The notes: generated by a model from the letters alone, not told the origin. 64,000 nucleotides of DNA from Chloroflexota bacterium (GCA_040389445.1 JAZJZX010000014.1:37287-101286); one strand, 5' to 3'; shown: positions 38,591-49,253, counted from the stretch's first letter. Made by a program: numbers and translations.

Positions 38591-40596
38591 GACCGGCAGC
38601 CCGGTTCCGCACGGGCATGGCGTCCTGCCTCGCGTCGATGGTCGTGCTCGCCATGGTGGGTTGGGCTCCACCCGGCGCACGGGCGGCGACGCCGTCCCTG
38701 ACGATGGTGACCACCACCACCTACAACGTCCTGCCCGAGGAACATCGAGTGGCGGTGACCGTGGACATCACGGCCACGAGTCAGCTCCGCGATACCGCGA
38801 CCCGCCGTTACTCCATCGATCGCGGCTATCTCGCCGTCCTGCCGTCCGCGACGAACCTGCTCCTGACCGCGAGTTCCGGGAAGCCCTCGGTGTCGGTCAG
38901 TTCCCGGACGGCCACCAGCACGATCCTGCTGCTCAAGTTCGGATCGCAGCTCGGGGCCGGCAAATCGATGGCGCTTGCCCTGACCTTCGACATCACGGAC
39001 CCGGGCGGCGCTCCGGATCGAGCTCTCAGGATTTCGCCGTCCCTCGTGAAATTCACGGCCTGGGCCTTTGGAACGGACGGCGTGGCAGGCTCCTCCGTTC
39101 GGGTCCACTTCCCGGCCGACTACGTCGCGTCCATCGGACGCGGACCGCTGTCGGGTCCCACGACGGAAGCCGACGGCCACATCGTCTATGCCAGTGACCG
39201 GCTGTCCACGCCGGGGACGTTCGTGGCCGACGTCGTGGCGGATCGCCCGAGCGTTCTTCTCGACGGACGACGCTCGACGTCTGCCGGTACCCGTACCGTG
39301 ATCCTGACCGTGCGGTCCTGGCCGGATGATCCCGATTGGCGCAGACAGGTGACGGATCTCCTGGCGCGCGGCCTGCCGGCGCTCGGCGCGGCGATCGGCG
39401 TCGACTGGCTGATGGGCCCGACGCTCGAGGTGCGGGAGACGATCGCCCGATCGGAAGGAGCGATCGGAGGGGCCGGCGGTTACGGCAGCGGGGCCTTCGA
39501 TCCGTCCCTGGGTCGGCTCGACGTCCCGTACACCGCCGACCCAACCGCGATCCTGCACGGCGCGGCCCACGCCTGGTTCAACGCGGCCCTCGTCGCCGAT
39601 CGATGGGCGGCCGAGGGGTTCGCCGCCCTGTACGCGGAGCGAGCCGGCAAGGCGATCGGCGTCGACGTGCGGTCTCCCGCCATGACCGCCGCCGCGCTCG
39701 CGAACGGCGTGCCGTTGAACGCCTGGGTCGTCGGCGACGCAGACGACGAATTCGGCTATGCCGCATCACTCCAGCTCGCCCGCAACATCGCAGCCCGGGC
39801 GGGCGACGAGGCGCTCCGGGCGGTCTGGCTCGACGCAGCCGGCGGAGCCGGCGCCTATCAGCCGATCGAGGTCGGCGGGCAAGCCACCGCGACATCACCC
39901 GAGCGCGGGATGGGACCGCTGGACTGGCGGTCGCTCCTCGACCTGCTGGAGGAGCGCTCGGGCCAATCGTTCGAGGCGCTCTGGCGCCGGTGGGTCATGC
40001 GGATCGGCGACGCGGCCCTCCTCGACGCGCGGGCCGCGGCGCGCGTTCGCTACCAGGCGACGGTCGCGGCCGCGGCACCATGGATGCTCCCGCGATCGAT
40101 CCGCGACGCCATGCGGACCTGGCAGTTCGAGGACGCCACGAGGCAGATGGACGAGGCGATGGATGTGCTCGCCCAGCGCGCCGACGTGGCCCGCGCCGCC
40201 GCAGCCGTCGGGCTCACGGCCCCGGATGCCCTGCGTCGCGCGTTCGAGGGCAGCCAGGGAGTCCAGGCCGCCGCCGCCGAGGCGCTCACCGAGCTGGCCG
40301 TGATCGATGCCTTCCGCGATGTCCTCGCCGTCCAGCGCGCGGAACCCGATCTCGTGTCCCGGATCGGACGGATCGGTACCGATCCAGGGGTCGAGGTATC
40401 CGCCGCGCGGATGGCCTTCGCCGCCGGCGACCTCGATGCGGCAGCGCAGCACGTGGCTGCGGCGCGATCGGGTTGGGCGGCGGCGGCCGGCATCGGGCGC
40501 GGTCGTATCGTCAGCGGCGCGACGATCGCCTTCGCGGTCGTGGTCCTGCTCTGGTGGTTGGTGCGTCGCCGGCGGATCGCCGGTCGTCGACCCTGA
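38587..40596 (+). CDS. Secreted, C-terminally anchored protein with degenerate gluzincin-like domain
   Basis: Signal peptide; LHGAAHAWF...WAAEGFA; C-terminal TM followed by RRRR; GTGA overlap. Confidence 0.75.
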   Translation: MRPAARFRTGMASCLASMVVLAMVGWAPPGARAATPSLTMVTTTTYNVLPEEHRVAVTVDITATSQLRDTATRRYSIDRGYLAVLPSATNLLLTASSGKPSVSVSSRTATSTILLLKFGSQLGAGKSMALALTFDITDPGGAPDRALRISPSLVKFTAWAFGTDGVAGSSVRVHFPADYVASIGRGPLSGPTTEADGHIVYASDRLSTPGTFVADVVADRPSVLLDGRRSTSAGTRTVILTVRSWPDDPDWRRQVTDLLARGLPALGAAIGVDWLMGPTLEVRETIARSEGAIGGAGGYGSGAFDPSLGRLDVPYTADPTAILHGAAHAWFNAALVADRWAAEGFAALYAERAGKAIGVDVRSPAMTAAALANGVPLNAWVVGDADDEFGYAASLQLARNIAARAGDEALRAVWLDAAGGAGAYQPIEVGGQATATSPERGMGPLDWRSLLDLLEERSGQSFEALWRRWVMRIGDAALLDARAAARVRYQATVAAAAPWMLPRSIRDAMRTWQFEDATRQMDEAMDVLAQRADVARAAAAVGLTAPDALRRAFEGSQGVQAAAAEALTELAVIDAFRDVLAVQRAEPDLVSRIGRIGTDPGVEVSAARMAFAAGDLDAAAQHVAAARSGWAAAAGIGRGRIVSGATIAFAVVVLLWWLVRRRRIAGRRP

Positions 40597-40759
40597 TGCG
40601 TTCCGCCGACGGAACCGGCAGAACCGTGCGGTACACTCGCGGGCGGTCCGCCGGCGGACGTCGCGAAGGGCCGACGAACGGCTGGACCCGAAGGGAGGCT
40701 CGTTCAGCGGTGGGGCTCATGAAGCGCGAGCGGGACAGGCGACGGGGCGTCGGCGGCTG

Positions 40760-41785
40760 ATGCCCACCCACAGAGCACGCCCGTCGTGGGAGATCCTGTC
40801 GGGTGACTCGGCGGACGTCTATTTCGCGCGGGCGGAACGCATCCTGGAGCGCGAGGGCCTGGACCCCGTCGTCGTGATGGAGGTGTTCGCCCGCGAGGAC
40901 GCGGTGCTCTGCGGGATCGACGAGGCCAAGACCCTCCTGGCCACGGTCCTGGCCGATGCCGATCCGAAGGAGACCGTCGTCGAGAGCCTCCATGACGGCG
41001 ACCAGATCGCGCCGAAGGAGGTGGTTCTCCGGATCACCGGCCGCTACCGCGCCTTCGGCCTGTACGAAACCGCGATGCTCGGCATGCTCGCCCAGTCCAC
41101 CGGCTGGGCGACGGCAGCCCGGGACGTGGTCCAGGCCGCGTCGCCGGAGCCGGTCATCTCGTTCGGGGCGCGCCACGTGCACCCGGACATCGTCGACGTG
41201 CTCGACTACGCAGCGATCGTGGGTGGCTGTGTCGGTGCGTCCACGCCGGCCGGGGCGCGCCTTGCCGGCCTGAACCCGACCGGCACGATGCCCCACTCCC
41301 TGGTCCTCATCATCGGCGACACGGTCGACGCCGCGCTCGCGTTCGATCGGGAGATGGGCGAGGACGTGCCCAGGATCGTGCTCGTCGATACGTTCCGGGA
41401 CGAAGCGGAGGAAGCCCTCCGCGTCGCGGAGGCGCTCGGGGACCGGTTGTACGGCATCCGCCTGGACACCCCGTCCGAACGCGGCCGCGTGACCGCCGAC
41501 CTCGTGACGGAGGTCCGAGCGCGGCTGGATCAGGCCGGCCACGGGAAGGTGAAGATCGTGGTCTCGGGCGGCCTGACGCCGGATCGGATCCGCTACTTCA
41601 AGGAGGCGGCGGCGCCGGTGGATTCGTTTGCGGTCGGCTCGTACATCAGCGGCGCGACGCCGATCGACTTCACCGGCGACCTCAAGGAGATCGACGGCCG
41701 GCCAATCGCCAAACGGGGCCGTATTCCCGGTCGGACCGAGAGTCCGCGGCTGCAGCGCATCAATCTGGACGACTGGCGCGCCTGA
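40760..41785 (+). CDS. pncB: Nicotinate phosphoribosyltransferase
   Basis: ADVYF, YET..LG.LA, SFGARH, GTMPH, LVDTF, RLDTP, SGG, KRG. Confidence 0.9.
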   Translation: MPTHRARPSWEILSGDSADVYFARAERILEREGLDPVVVMEVFAREDAVLCGIDEAKTLLATVLADADPKETVVESLHDGDQIAPKEVVLRITGRYRAFGLYETAMLGMLAQSTGWATAARDVVQAASPEPVISFGARHVHPDIVDVLDYAAIVGGCVGASTPAGARLAGLNPTGTMPHSLVLIIGDTVDAALAFDREMGEDVPRIVLVDTFRDEAEEALRVAEALGDRLYGIRLDTPSERGRVTADLVTEVRARLDQAGHGKVKIVVSGGLTPDRIRYFKEAAAPVDSFAVGSYISGATPIDFTGDLKEIDGRPIAKRGRIPGRTESPRLQRINLDDWRA

Positions 41786-41797
41786 GACCCGGGGACA

Positions 41798-42556
41798 TCA
41801 CGGGTCGGTCCGCAGCGCGGCCATGATCGAAGCAGCGGACAGGACCAGATTTGAAGGTGTATTCCGGCCCGTGGGCCACGCTCGCCCGATGGCTGCCGCC
41901 AGCGTTTCTTCCGTCACCATCAGCGCTCCCTGGGGCCCGATGAGCGGCGCTGCCGCGTCCATGATCCTGGCCAGACGGAGGAGCCCCACGAGGGATTTGG
42001 CATCGGCGATCTCGCCTCGTTCCGCCATCGCGACCGCTTCCCGCCACGGGACCCGCTGGAGTTCCAGCCGTTCGTCTTCGTCCGGCCGGAGTCGGTTCTC
42101 ATGAGCCGGTACCAGTTCACGGGCGAGATACAGGTGCATGAGCTCGGTGGCGAAGCCCGGCGCTGTCCAGAATGCGCCGAGGTGCTCCCACGACCCTGCC
42201 CGGAAGCCCGTCTCCTCCTCGAGTTCGCGCGGAGCGGCGAGGTCCGGGTCTTCGACGCCACCGTCATCGACCCGGTCAAGCGTCCCGGCGGGGATTTCCA
42301 GCAGCGTTCTCCCGGCTGCCAGCCGAAACTGGCGGACCATGAGAACCGCGTCGTCGGCGTCGAGGGCCACGATCGCGACCGCACCCGGATGCGCCACGAC
42401 GTCCCGGGTGCTGCGGCCGCCATCCGGCGTGGCGATGGCGTCGACGCGAACCTCGAGGTAGTGGCCTCGATGCACGGTCCGCGAGGAAATGACCGTCTCG
42501 CGGAGCCGGTCGTCGGCGGGATGGGGGTCGCCGCCGGCGACGTGCTCGCGGGTCAC
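41798..42556 (-). CDS. NUDIX hydrolase (ADP-ribose pyrophosphatase-like)
   Basis: HPGAV, LEIPAG..RELEEETG Nudix box, APGF..E, DAKS. Confidence 0.88.
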   Translation of the reverse strand: MTREHVAGGDPHPADDRLRETVISSRTVHRGHYLEVRVDAIATPDGGRSTRDVVAHPGAVAIVALDADDAVLMVRQFRLAAGRTLLEIPAGTLDRVDDGGVEDPDLAAPRELEEETGFRAGSWEHLGAFWTAPGFATELMHLYLARELVPAHENRLRPDEDERLELQRVPWREAVAMAERGEIADAKSLVGLLRLARIMDAAAPLIGPQGALMVTEETLAAAIGRAWPTGRNTPSNLVLSAASIMAALRTDP

Positions 42557-42563
42557 GAATGGA

Positions 42564-43658
42564 TCAGGCGGCGTCGGCAGTGATGGCGCTGCCCGACGCC
42601 CTGTCGAACAGGTGCAGACGATCCGCCGGCAGATGGAGATCAACGGTGTCGCCGGGTTTCACGTTGTGCGTTGCGGGTACCAGGGCGATGACATCGCCGT
42701 CGTGGCCGGGGATCGTGGCGTGGAGCAGCTCCTCGTTGCCGAGGTACTCGACCACGTCGGCTGTCGCGTGGATCGTCAGGCCCTCGCCGGCGCCCCCGAT
42801 CTCGAGGTGCTCGGGCCGGAAGCCCGCATCGAACGTCCGTGAGCCGGACGCCTCCACGGCCTTTCTGAGCCGACCGGGCAGCGCAATGGCAAGGCCGTCG
42901 CCCCGGAGCTGGCCGTCCGCGAACTCGATCGAGGCAAAGTTCATGGCCGGACTGCCGATGAATCCGGCCACGAACCGGTTCCTGGGATGGTCGTACAGCT
43001 CCTGGGGCGTGCCGACCTGCTGGAGGTCGCCGGCATTCATCACCGCGATCCGGCTGCCCATCGTCATCGCCTCCACCTGGTCGTGGGTGACGTAGACGAA
43101 CGTCGTGCCCATCCGCTGGTGAAGGCGAGCGATCTCGGCCCGGGTCTGGACGCGGAGCTTGGCATCAAGGTTGGAGAGGGGCTCGTCCATCAGGAAGACC
43201 GCGGGCTCGCGAACAATCGCTCGACCGAGGGCCACGCGCTGGCGCTGGCCACCCGACAGTTCCTTCGGTTTGCGGGCCAGCAGCGTTTCCAGCCCGAGGA
43301 TCCGGGCTGCGTCGTTCACGCGCCGCTCGACGTCCGCCTTGGGCACCTTGCGGAGCTTGAGCCCGAACGCCATGTTGTCCCAGACGCTCATATGCGGATA
43401 GAGGGCATAGCTCTGGAAGACCATCGCGATGTCGCGATCCTTCGCGGGGACGTCGTTGACGACGCGCTCGCCGATGCGCAGCGTGCCGTCGGAAATCTCC
43501 TCGAGGCCGGCGATCATGCGCAGGCTGGTGGTCTTGCCGCAGCCCGATGGTCCCACGAGGACCATGAACTCACCGTCCCGGATCTCGAGGGACAAGTCGC
43601 GGACGGCGTAGATTTCGCCGTACCGCTTGCTCACGTTGTCGAACGTGACGGTCGCCAT
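42564..43658 (-). CDS. Sugar ABC transporter ATPase (MalK/MsmX/UgpC type)
   Basis: GPSGCGKT, FQSYALYPHM, LSGGQRQR, DEPLSNLD, FIGSPAMN, TOBE tail; GGAGG RBS. Confidence 0.95.
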   Translation of the reverse strand: MATVTFDNVSKRYGEIYAVRDLSLEIRDGEFMVLVGPSGCGKTTSLRMIAGLEEISDGTLRIGERVVNDVPAKDRDIAMVFQSYALYPHMSVWDNMAFGLKLRKVPKADVERRVNDAARILGLETLLARKPKELSGGQRQRVALGRAIVREPAVFLMDEPLSNLDAKLRVQTRAEIARLHQRMGTTFVYVTHDQVEAMTMGSRIAVMNAGDLQQVGTPQELYDHPRNRFVAGFIGSPAMNFASIEFADGQLRGDGLAIALPGRLRKAVEASGSRTFDAGFRPEHLEIGGAGEGLTIHATADVVEYLGNEELLHATIPGHDGDVIALVPATHNVKPGDTVDLHLPADRLHLFDRASGSAITADAA

Positions 43659-43777
43659 GATGTACCTCCGACCGGGCGACAACGCGGACCCCTGCATCCC
43701 GCCGCGCATGAGCGTGGACGTGGACGGATCCCGTACGTGCCGTTTCCGGACTCCCGGGATCCTACACCCGGCCGAAG

Positions 43778-44482
43778 TCAGACCCCGGTTGCCGCCGCAG
43801 CGAACGCGGCCATGTCCGGGTAGACGACATCGGGTGCAACCACGGCCGGCGGCGTGGCACCGGAGCCGGGGCGGCCCCGACGACGATCGATCCAGACGGT
43901 GGTCAGACCAAGCGCCTTGGCCGGCGCGTGATCGTGGAACAGGCTCTGGGCCACATGGAGGATCCGCTCCCTGGGCAGCCCGATCCGCTCGAACGCGAGC
44001 TCAAAATTGGCGATTCTCGGCTTGTATCCGCGCGCCTGCTGGGCCGTGATGACCCAGTCGAAGGCCACGCCGAGCCGGCGATTGGACGCGGCGAACAGAT
44101 CGTCGTCGCAATTCGTCAGCACCCCCAGCCGGTAGCGCCGGGTGAGGGCGGACAGGGCCGCCGGCGAGTCAGTGAATGCCGGCCAATCGACGACCGATCC
44201 GCCGAACGCAGCCCGTTCCGCACCGGACACCACGACCCCGTGCGTCCGACCGATTTCGGTCAGGCACGCGGCCAGGATGTCCCGATAGGGCTGGTACGGC
44301 CCCGCCTCCAGGGCCGCCTCGGTGGCGGCGAACTGCTCGAGAAGCCGATCGTCCGGCACCTCCAGGCCGTGCCCATCGAGGGCTGCGTGGAGCCCGGCCA
44401 GGATGCCGGTTTCCCAGTCGATCAGCGTGCCGTAGCAGTCGAAGGTCAGCGCGTCGAAATCGCCGAAGGCAACGTTGGTCAT
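43778..44482 (-). CDS. Haloacid dehalogenase, type II-like
   Basis: FDCYGTLIDWE, YKP, LHVAQSLFHD. Confidence 0.88.
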   Translation of the reverse strand: MTNVAFGDFDALTFDCYGTLIDWETGILAGLHAALDGHGLEVPDDRLLEQFAATEAALEAGPYQPYRDILAACLTEIGRTHGVVVSGAERAAFGGSVVDWPAFTDSPAALSALTRRYRLGVLTNCDDDLFAASNRRLGVAFDWVITAQQARGYKPRIANFELAFERIGLPRERILHVAQSLFHDHAPAKALGLTTVWIDRRRGRPGSGATPPAVVAPDVVYPDMAAFAAAATGV

Positions 44483-44513
44483 CGAATCTCCGCCATCCAG
44501 TCACGAGGGGTGG

Positions 44514-44590
44514 TGGGGTGGCCTATGGGGGTCGAACCCATAACCTGCGGAACCACAATCCGCTGCTCTGCCGGTTGAGCTAAGGCCACC
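44514..44590 (-). tRNA. tRNA-His (GTG)
   Basis: Reverse complement GGTGGCCTTAGCTCAACCGGCAGAGCAGCGGATTGTGGTTCCGCAGGTTATGGGTTCGACCCCCATAGGCCACCCCA: cloverleaf, G-1, encoded CCA. Confidence 0.96.
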
Positions 44591-44818
44591 ATGCGCGGCG
44601 CGATCACCGGTGGTGGATCGCGGGCCCGCGAAGTGTACCCGAACGCCCGGTGATCGGATCCGTGGGGTGGGGTGTGGTTGGGTGCAGGCGCTGGTACCAC
44701 GCGCGGGGCAGCGCCGGGACCTTGGGCGGGGGCCGTTTCGCGTCGCGCGCCCCTACGTTGCGCTGGTGACCGGTCGGTGGAGGCCGCCTGGTCGAGGCAA
44801 CGAACAGGGACGAGGGAC

Positions 44819-45775
44819 ATGACGATCGCCATCCAGCAGCGACATCGAAGGCCGGCCCCGACCCGGCGGCCGCTCAGGTTCGTGGCCGTGTTCGTCGCCC
44901 TGCTGTTCACGTTCGCGACGCCGGGCCTCGCCTTCGCGTGGAGCGACAACAGCTTCTCGGCCGAGGACGAGGCCCTCCTGATCCAGCTCACGAACCAGGC
45001 CCGGGCGTCGGCCGGACTCAACTCGCTGACCGTGGACGCGACGCTGACGAACGTGGCGCGATGGCGCTCCCAGGACATGGTCGATCGCAACTACTTCAGT
45101 CACTCGATCCCGCCCGACGGCAAGAAGGTTTTCGACGAACTCAAGCGAATCGGCTACTGCTACGTCGCCGCCGGCGAAAACCTCGGGACGAACACCTTTC
45201 CCGACGACGTCGCGACCCAGACCATCCAGGATGGGTTCCTGGGCTCGGCGACCCACCGATCGGTCATGCTCGGCAACTGGACGGTGATCGGGATCGGTGC
45301 GTACAAGGGAACCGGCTCCAAGCATGTCTGGACGGTCCTTTTCGCGACCAAGTGTTCTTCCGCCCCCGTGGCCACCCCCAAGCCGACCGCCACGCCCAGG
45401 CCCGTCGTGACCCCCGCGCCGACGCCCAGACCGACCACGCGACCCACCTCGCCCGCAGCCACCGTCAGGCCCGTGCTCAGCGCCACGCCGCTCCCGACGG
45501 CCAGCCCTGTGCCCGAGGTGACGGCCTCGCCGTCGCCGACTCCGGAGCCCCTGGACCCAGCCGAATCGCTCGGCGCGCTCGGGTCCCGTTCGCCGGGTCT
45601 GGCCGGCGGGCCGCCCGCACCCTCGCCTGAGCCGAGACAGACCCCCGACCCGCTGTCCGCACCGGGCGACACCGGAGGAACGGCACCTCCGCTCCAGGTG
45701 ATCGATGCGCCCTTTGCCGGCAACCTGGTGGACACCATCGTCGGTGACGTCGCGGGGGCCTACTTCGGGCACTGA
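44819..45775 (+). CDS. Secreted CAP/SCP-domain protein with Pro/Thr-rich tail
   Basis: LTNQAR, SQDM..NYFSH, GENL, S.THR, IGIG, WT.LF. Confidence 0.88.
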   Translation: MTIAIQQRHRRPAPTRRPLRFVAVFVALLFTFATPGLAFAWSDNSFSAEDEALLIQLTNQARASAGLNSLTVDATLTNVARWRSQDMVDRNYFSHSIPPDGKKVFDELKRIGYCYVAAGENLGTNTFPDDVATQTIQDGFLGSATHRSVMLGNWTVIGIGAYKGTGSKHVWTVLFATKCSSAPVATPKPTATPRPVVTPAPTPRPTTRPTSPAATVRPVLSATPLPTASPVPEVTASPSPTPEPLDPAESLGALGSRSPGLAGGPPAPSPEPRQTPDPLSAPGDTGGTAPPLQVIDAPFAGNLVDTIVGDVAGAYFGH

Positions 45776-45852
45776 TCCGCCGCCATTTGTCGGGCGGCCC
45801 CGCTACACTGCCGCCAGCGCCGTCCACCATCTTCACCGATCTCGGAGTCCCG

Positions 45853-46605
45853 ATGCCCGCGATCCTCGAGGCGCACGACCTCACCAAGCAGTTCGACCTC
45901 GGGTCCACGCGGGTCGAGGCGCTTCGAGGCGTGACCCTGGCGGTCCAGCCGGGCGAATTCCTCGCCCTGATGGGTCCCTCGGGTTCCGGCAAGAGCACGC
46001 TCCTCCAGTTGCTCGGCGGTTTGGACCGGCCCACCACCGGCACGGTCGTCTTCGAAGGTCGGGACATCAGCCGGCTCTCGGATGACGAGGCCACCCGACT
46101 CCGGCGCGAGCGCAGCGGGTTCGTATTCCAGGCCTTCAACCTGATCCCGCTCCTGAGCGTCCGGGAGAACATTGCCCTCCCGTTCACGATCGCCGGCCAC
46201 GATGCCAATCGGGGGGAGTTCAGGGACCGCGTCCGTGACGTGATCAACCTCGTGGAACTGACCGGCAAGGAGCGCCACCGACCCGATCAGCTCTCGCAGG
46301 GCGAGCAGCAGCGGGTGGCCGTCGCCCGGGCGCTCGTGACACGGCCATCGGTCCTCCTGGCGGACGAGCCGACCGGCAATCTCGACTACACGACCGGCGG
46401 CGAGATTCTCGACGCGCTGTGGCGCACGAGCGAGGAGTCCGCCCAGACGATCGTCCTCGTGACCCACGATGCGCGCGCTGCGGCATACGCGGACCGGGTC
46501 CTGGTGATCGGGGATGGCCAGATCCGGGATGAGATCAACCTGGGCCGAAGGACGGACCATTCGGCGGCCCCGCTGATCACGCGGCTTGCCCAGATCGGAC
46601 TGTAG
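45853..46605 (+). CDS. ABC ATP-binding protein (LolD/MacB type)
   Basis: GPSGSGKS, FVFQAFNL, LSQGEQQR, ADEPTGNLD. Confidence 0.93.
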   Translation: MPAILEAHDLTKQFDLGSTRVEALRGVTLAVQPGEFLALMGPSGSGKSTLLQLLGGLDRPTTGTVVFEGRDISRLSDDEATRLRRERSGFVFQAFNLIPLLSVRENIALPFTIAGHDANRGEFRDRVRDVINLVELTGKERHRPDQLSQGEQQRVAVARALVTRPSVLLADEPTGNLDYTTGGEILDALWRTSEESAQTIVLVTHDARAAAYADRVLVIGDGQIRDEINLGRRTDHSAAPLITRLAQIGL

Positions 46606-46611
46606 GCCGCC

Positions 46612-49119
46612 ATGGGCCTGACCACGCTGGCGGCCCGAACCGTCGCTGCGCGGCCGCTGCGCTCGTTCCTCACGATCCTCGGCGTCGCACTCGGCGTCGC
46701 CGTGCTCTCGGCCTCGCTCACCCTCGGCGCGGGCCTGGATGCGGCCATCGATCGTACGGTTCGCGATCTGGTCGGCACTGCCGACCTGCGTGTCTCCTCG
46801 TTCCTGGAGCGGGGCCTCTCCGATGCGACCGTGGAGGCCATCCGGGCGACGGAGGGTGTGACGGTGGCCGCACCCACGGTTGAGCGCCGAACCTTCCTGA
46901 CCGGGACCCCTGGTGCCGCTGCCGGAGCGGTGACGATCATCGGCATCGATCCTGCGCCGTATGCCGCGCTGCACCCGATGCAGCTTGTCGTCGGCGCGCC
47001 CCTGGTCCGCGCCGGCGAAGCCGCGGCGATCATCACGGAGCGTCTCGCGGCTTCCGACGGCTACGGCATCGGAAGCGAGCTGACGATCCAGGGTGTCGGC
47101 GCGCCGGCCCATCTGCGGGTGGTCGGAATCCTCGAGGGTGCCGGGCCGGTCGCCGATGCGGCCGGTCGTTCGGTGATCATCCCGGTCGATGTCGCCCGCG
47201 AGGTCTTCGGGCTGTCCGGCGTGACGCGCGTCGACGTCGGCCTCGCGAGCGGCACGACCGTCGCGACGGCTGCCCTCCGGCTGGCCGACCGGATCACCAC
47301 CGAGCCGTACGTGCTGGCGTCGCCCGCCGACCTGGCCGCAGGCCTCCGGTCCTCGACCGTCGACTTCCAGACGACCATCGCCTGGCTGGCGGCCATCGTG
47401 CTGTTCGTCGGCGCCTTCCTGATCATCAATACGATCTCCATGACCGTGGGCGAGCGAGCCCGCGAAGTCGGCCTGCTGCGGGCGGCAGGAGCGACCCGCG
47501 GCCAGATCTTCGGCTTCGTCCTGGTGGGCGCCGGTGTCCTCGGCGCCCTCGGGTCGCTCCTCGGGCTGGCATTCGGCGGCGGCCTCGGGTTGCTCGTGGC
47601 CGGCTCGGTTCGCGCGTTGACGGGCTTTTCGGCCGAGGTGGACGGACTCAGCGCAACAAGTCTGGCGCTCGCCTTCATCGTCGGGCTCGGGGTGACCGTG
47701 GCCGGCGCCATCGAGCCGGCGATTCGGGCAACCCGGATTTCGCCCGTCGAGGCGCTGCGGGCCCGGCTCGACGTTCCGGCCGTTCGACGAGGGCGACTCG
47801 TCTGGCTGACGGCCGTGCTCGGCCTGGTCGCGATCCTGGCGCTCCTTCTGTGGCCGCCGGCGGCCGGAGCTGCCGGCGCGGACCGTGCCCTGGCGCTGTA
47901 CGGCCTGCTTCTCGCGGCGACGCTTGCCACGCCGTTCCTCCTGCCGCCGCTGGCCCGCATCGTCGGAGCTCCGCTGTCGTCCGTGATGCGGCTGGAGGAG
48001 CGTCTCGCCCGGGGGTCCATGGCTCGGGATCGGAGCCGAACCGCCTTGACGCTGGGCGCGCTGGTCATCGGCCTGGCCATGGTGGTCGCGCTCGGATGGA
48101 GCGCCCAGGCAGCGCGGGAACGGGCGACGGCATGGCTCGCGGATGTCGTACCAGGCGACGAAGTGGTGACCAGCATTCGGCCCATACCGGCGGCTGAGGG
48201 GGTTCAGGAAGCCCTGGCTGCCGTGTCGGGCGTCCGCTCCGTGTCGCCGATCGCGACATTCGACCTGGCGTTCAAGGGCGTGCGCATCGACGCGGCGGCG
48301 ATTGTCGGGTCCGATTTCCTCGCCGACGGCCGGCTGACGTTCATCGAGGGGGACCGCTCGACCGCCCTCCAGGCCCTCGACGCCGGAGGCACCGCCATCA
48401 TCCCGTCGGCCGTCGCGGAGCGCCTCGGCCTGCGCACCGGCGATACGATCGCCCTGGCCCTCGGCACTGGCTCGACGCTCGGCCTCCGAGTCGCCGGCAT
48501 CGTGGAGCGATCGATTCCGAGCGGCGGCGGCGAGGCGATTCTCATCAGCTGGGCGGACGCGTCCGGTCCGATCGGGGTGACCGGCGCGGAGGTGTTTGCC
48601 GTCCGATTTGCACCCGACGCACCCGCCACGTCCCGCACCCAGCTCGAGACGACAGCGAGGACGCTCGCCCTCGAGGCGAATCCCCTGGACCGGATCGAGG
48701 GAGCCGTGACGGAGGCGCTCGGACGCGTCTTCGGCCTCTTCGACGCGCTTGCGCTGATCGCCCTCCTTGTCGCAGCACTCGGCATCGTCAACACCCTCGG
48801 CATGGGAGTCCTCGAGCGCGTCCGCGAGATCGGGGTGCTCCGGGCGATCGGCATGACGCGCCGACAGGCGTCCCGGATGGTCGTCACCGAGGCGCTGTTG
48901 CTCGGGCTGGTCGGTACGATTCTCGGTACGCTCGTCGGGCTGGGTGTCGGTGCGGTGTTGCTGTATTTCTCGGGCGACCTGGAGGTTGCGACGGCCCTGC
49001 CGTGGACGTCGATCGGCGCTGCGGCCGTGCTTGGGGTCGCCTGCTCGATCGTTGCGTCGTACTACCCGTCGCGCCTCGCCTCGAGCGTGTCGATCGTTCG
49101 CGCCCTGAAGTTCAGCTGA
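46612..49119 (+). CDS. FtsX-like/MacB-type ABC permease (duplicated domains)
   Basis: Two periplasmic-core plus FtsX units (ER.RE.GLLRA.G twice); P..AL endings. Confidence 0.92.
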   Translation: MGLTTLAARTVAARPLRSFLTILGVALGVAVLSASLTLGAGLDAAIDRTVRDLVGTADLRVSSFLERGLSDATVEAIRATEGVTVAAPTVERRTFLTGTPGAAAGAVTIIGIDPAPYAALHPMQLVVGAPLVRAGEAAAIITERLAASDGYGIGSELTIQGVGAPAHLRVVGILEGAGPVADAAGRSVIIPVDVAREVFGLSGVTRVDVGLASGTTVATAALRLADRITTEPYVLASPADLAAGLRSSTVDFQTTIAWLAAIVLFVGAFLIINTISMTVGERAREVGLLRAAGATRGQIFGFVLVGAGVLGALGSLLGLAFGGGLGLLVAGSVRALTGFSAEVDGLSATSLALAFIVGLGVTVAGAIEPAIRATRISPVEALRARLDVPAVRRGRLVWLTAVLGLVAILALLLWPPAAGAAGADRALALYGLLLAATLATPFLLPPLARIVGAPLSSVMRLEERLARGSMARDRSRTALTLGALVIGLAMVVALGWSAQAARERATAWLADVVPGDEVVTSIRPIPAAEGVQEALAAVSGVRSVSPIATFDLAFKGVRIDAAAIVGSDFLADGRLTFIEGDRSTALQALDAGGTAIIPSAVAERLGLRTGDTIALALGTGSTLGLRVAGIVERSIPSGGGEAILISWADASGPIGVTGAEVFAVRFAPDAPATSRTQLETTARTLALEANPLDRIEGAVTEALGRVFGLFDALALIALLVAALGIVNTLGMGVLERVREIGVLRAIGMTRRQASRMVVTEALLLGLVGTILGTLVGLGVGAVLLYFSGDLEVATALPWTSIGAAAVLGVACSIVASYYPSRLASSVSIVRALKFS

Positions 49120-49253
49120 TCGCCGTCGCTGCCAGGAGGCGCCGGAGAGGGCCGGGAGCCGTGCCATGAGGGCGGGGGATTCGCGCCCCTGAGGTCCGAA
49201 TCGGGTCTGCTAGACTCGGCTCGCGCGGCCCGGATCCGCGTCTGGAGGACTGG

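Noticed and set aside
44514-44590. Genomic island integrated at tRNA-His
   Set aside because: No integrase, no duplicated tRNA 3' end seen, and flanking genes have host-like composition.
45760-49167. 1135-aa ORF antisense to the ABC exporter
   Set aside because: Shadow ORF; the opposite strand carries clear ABC motifs.
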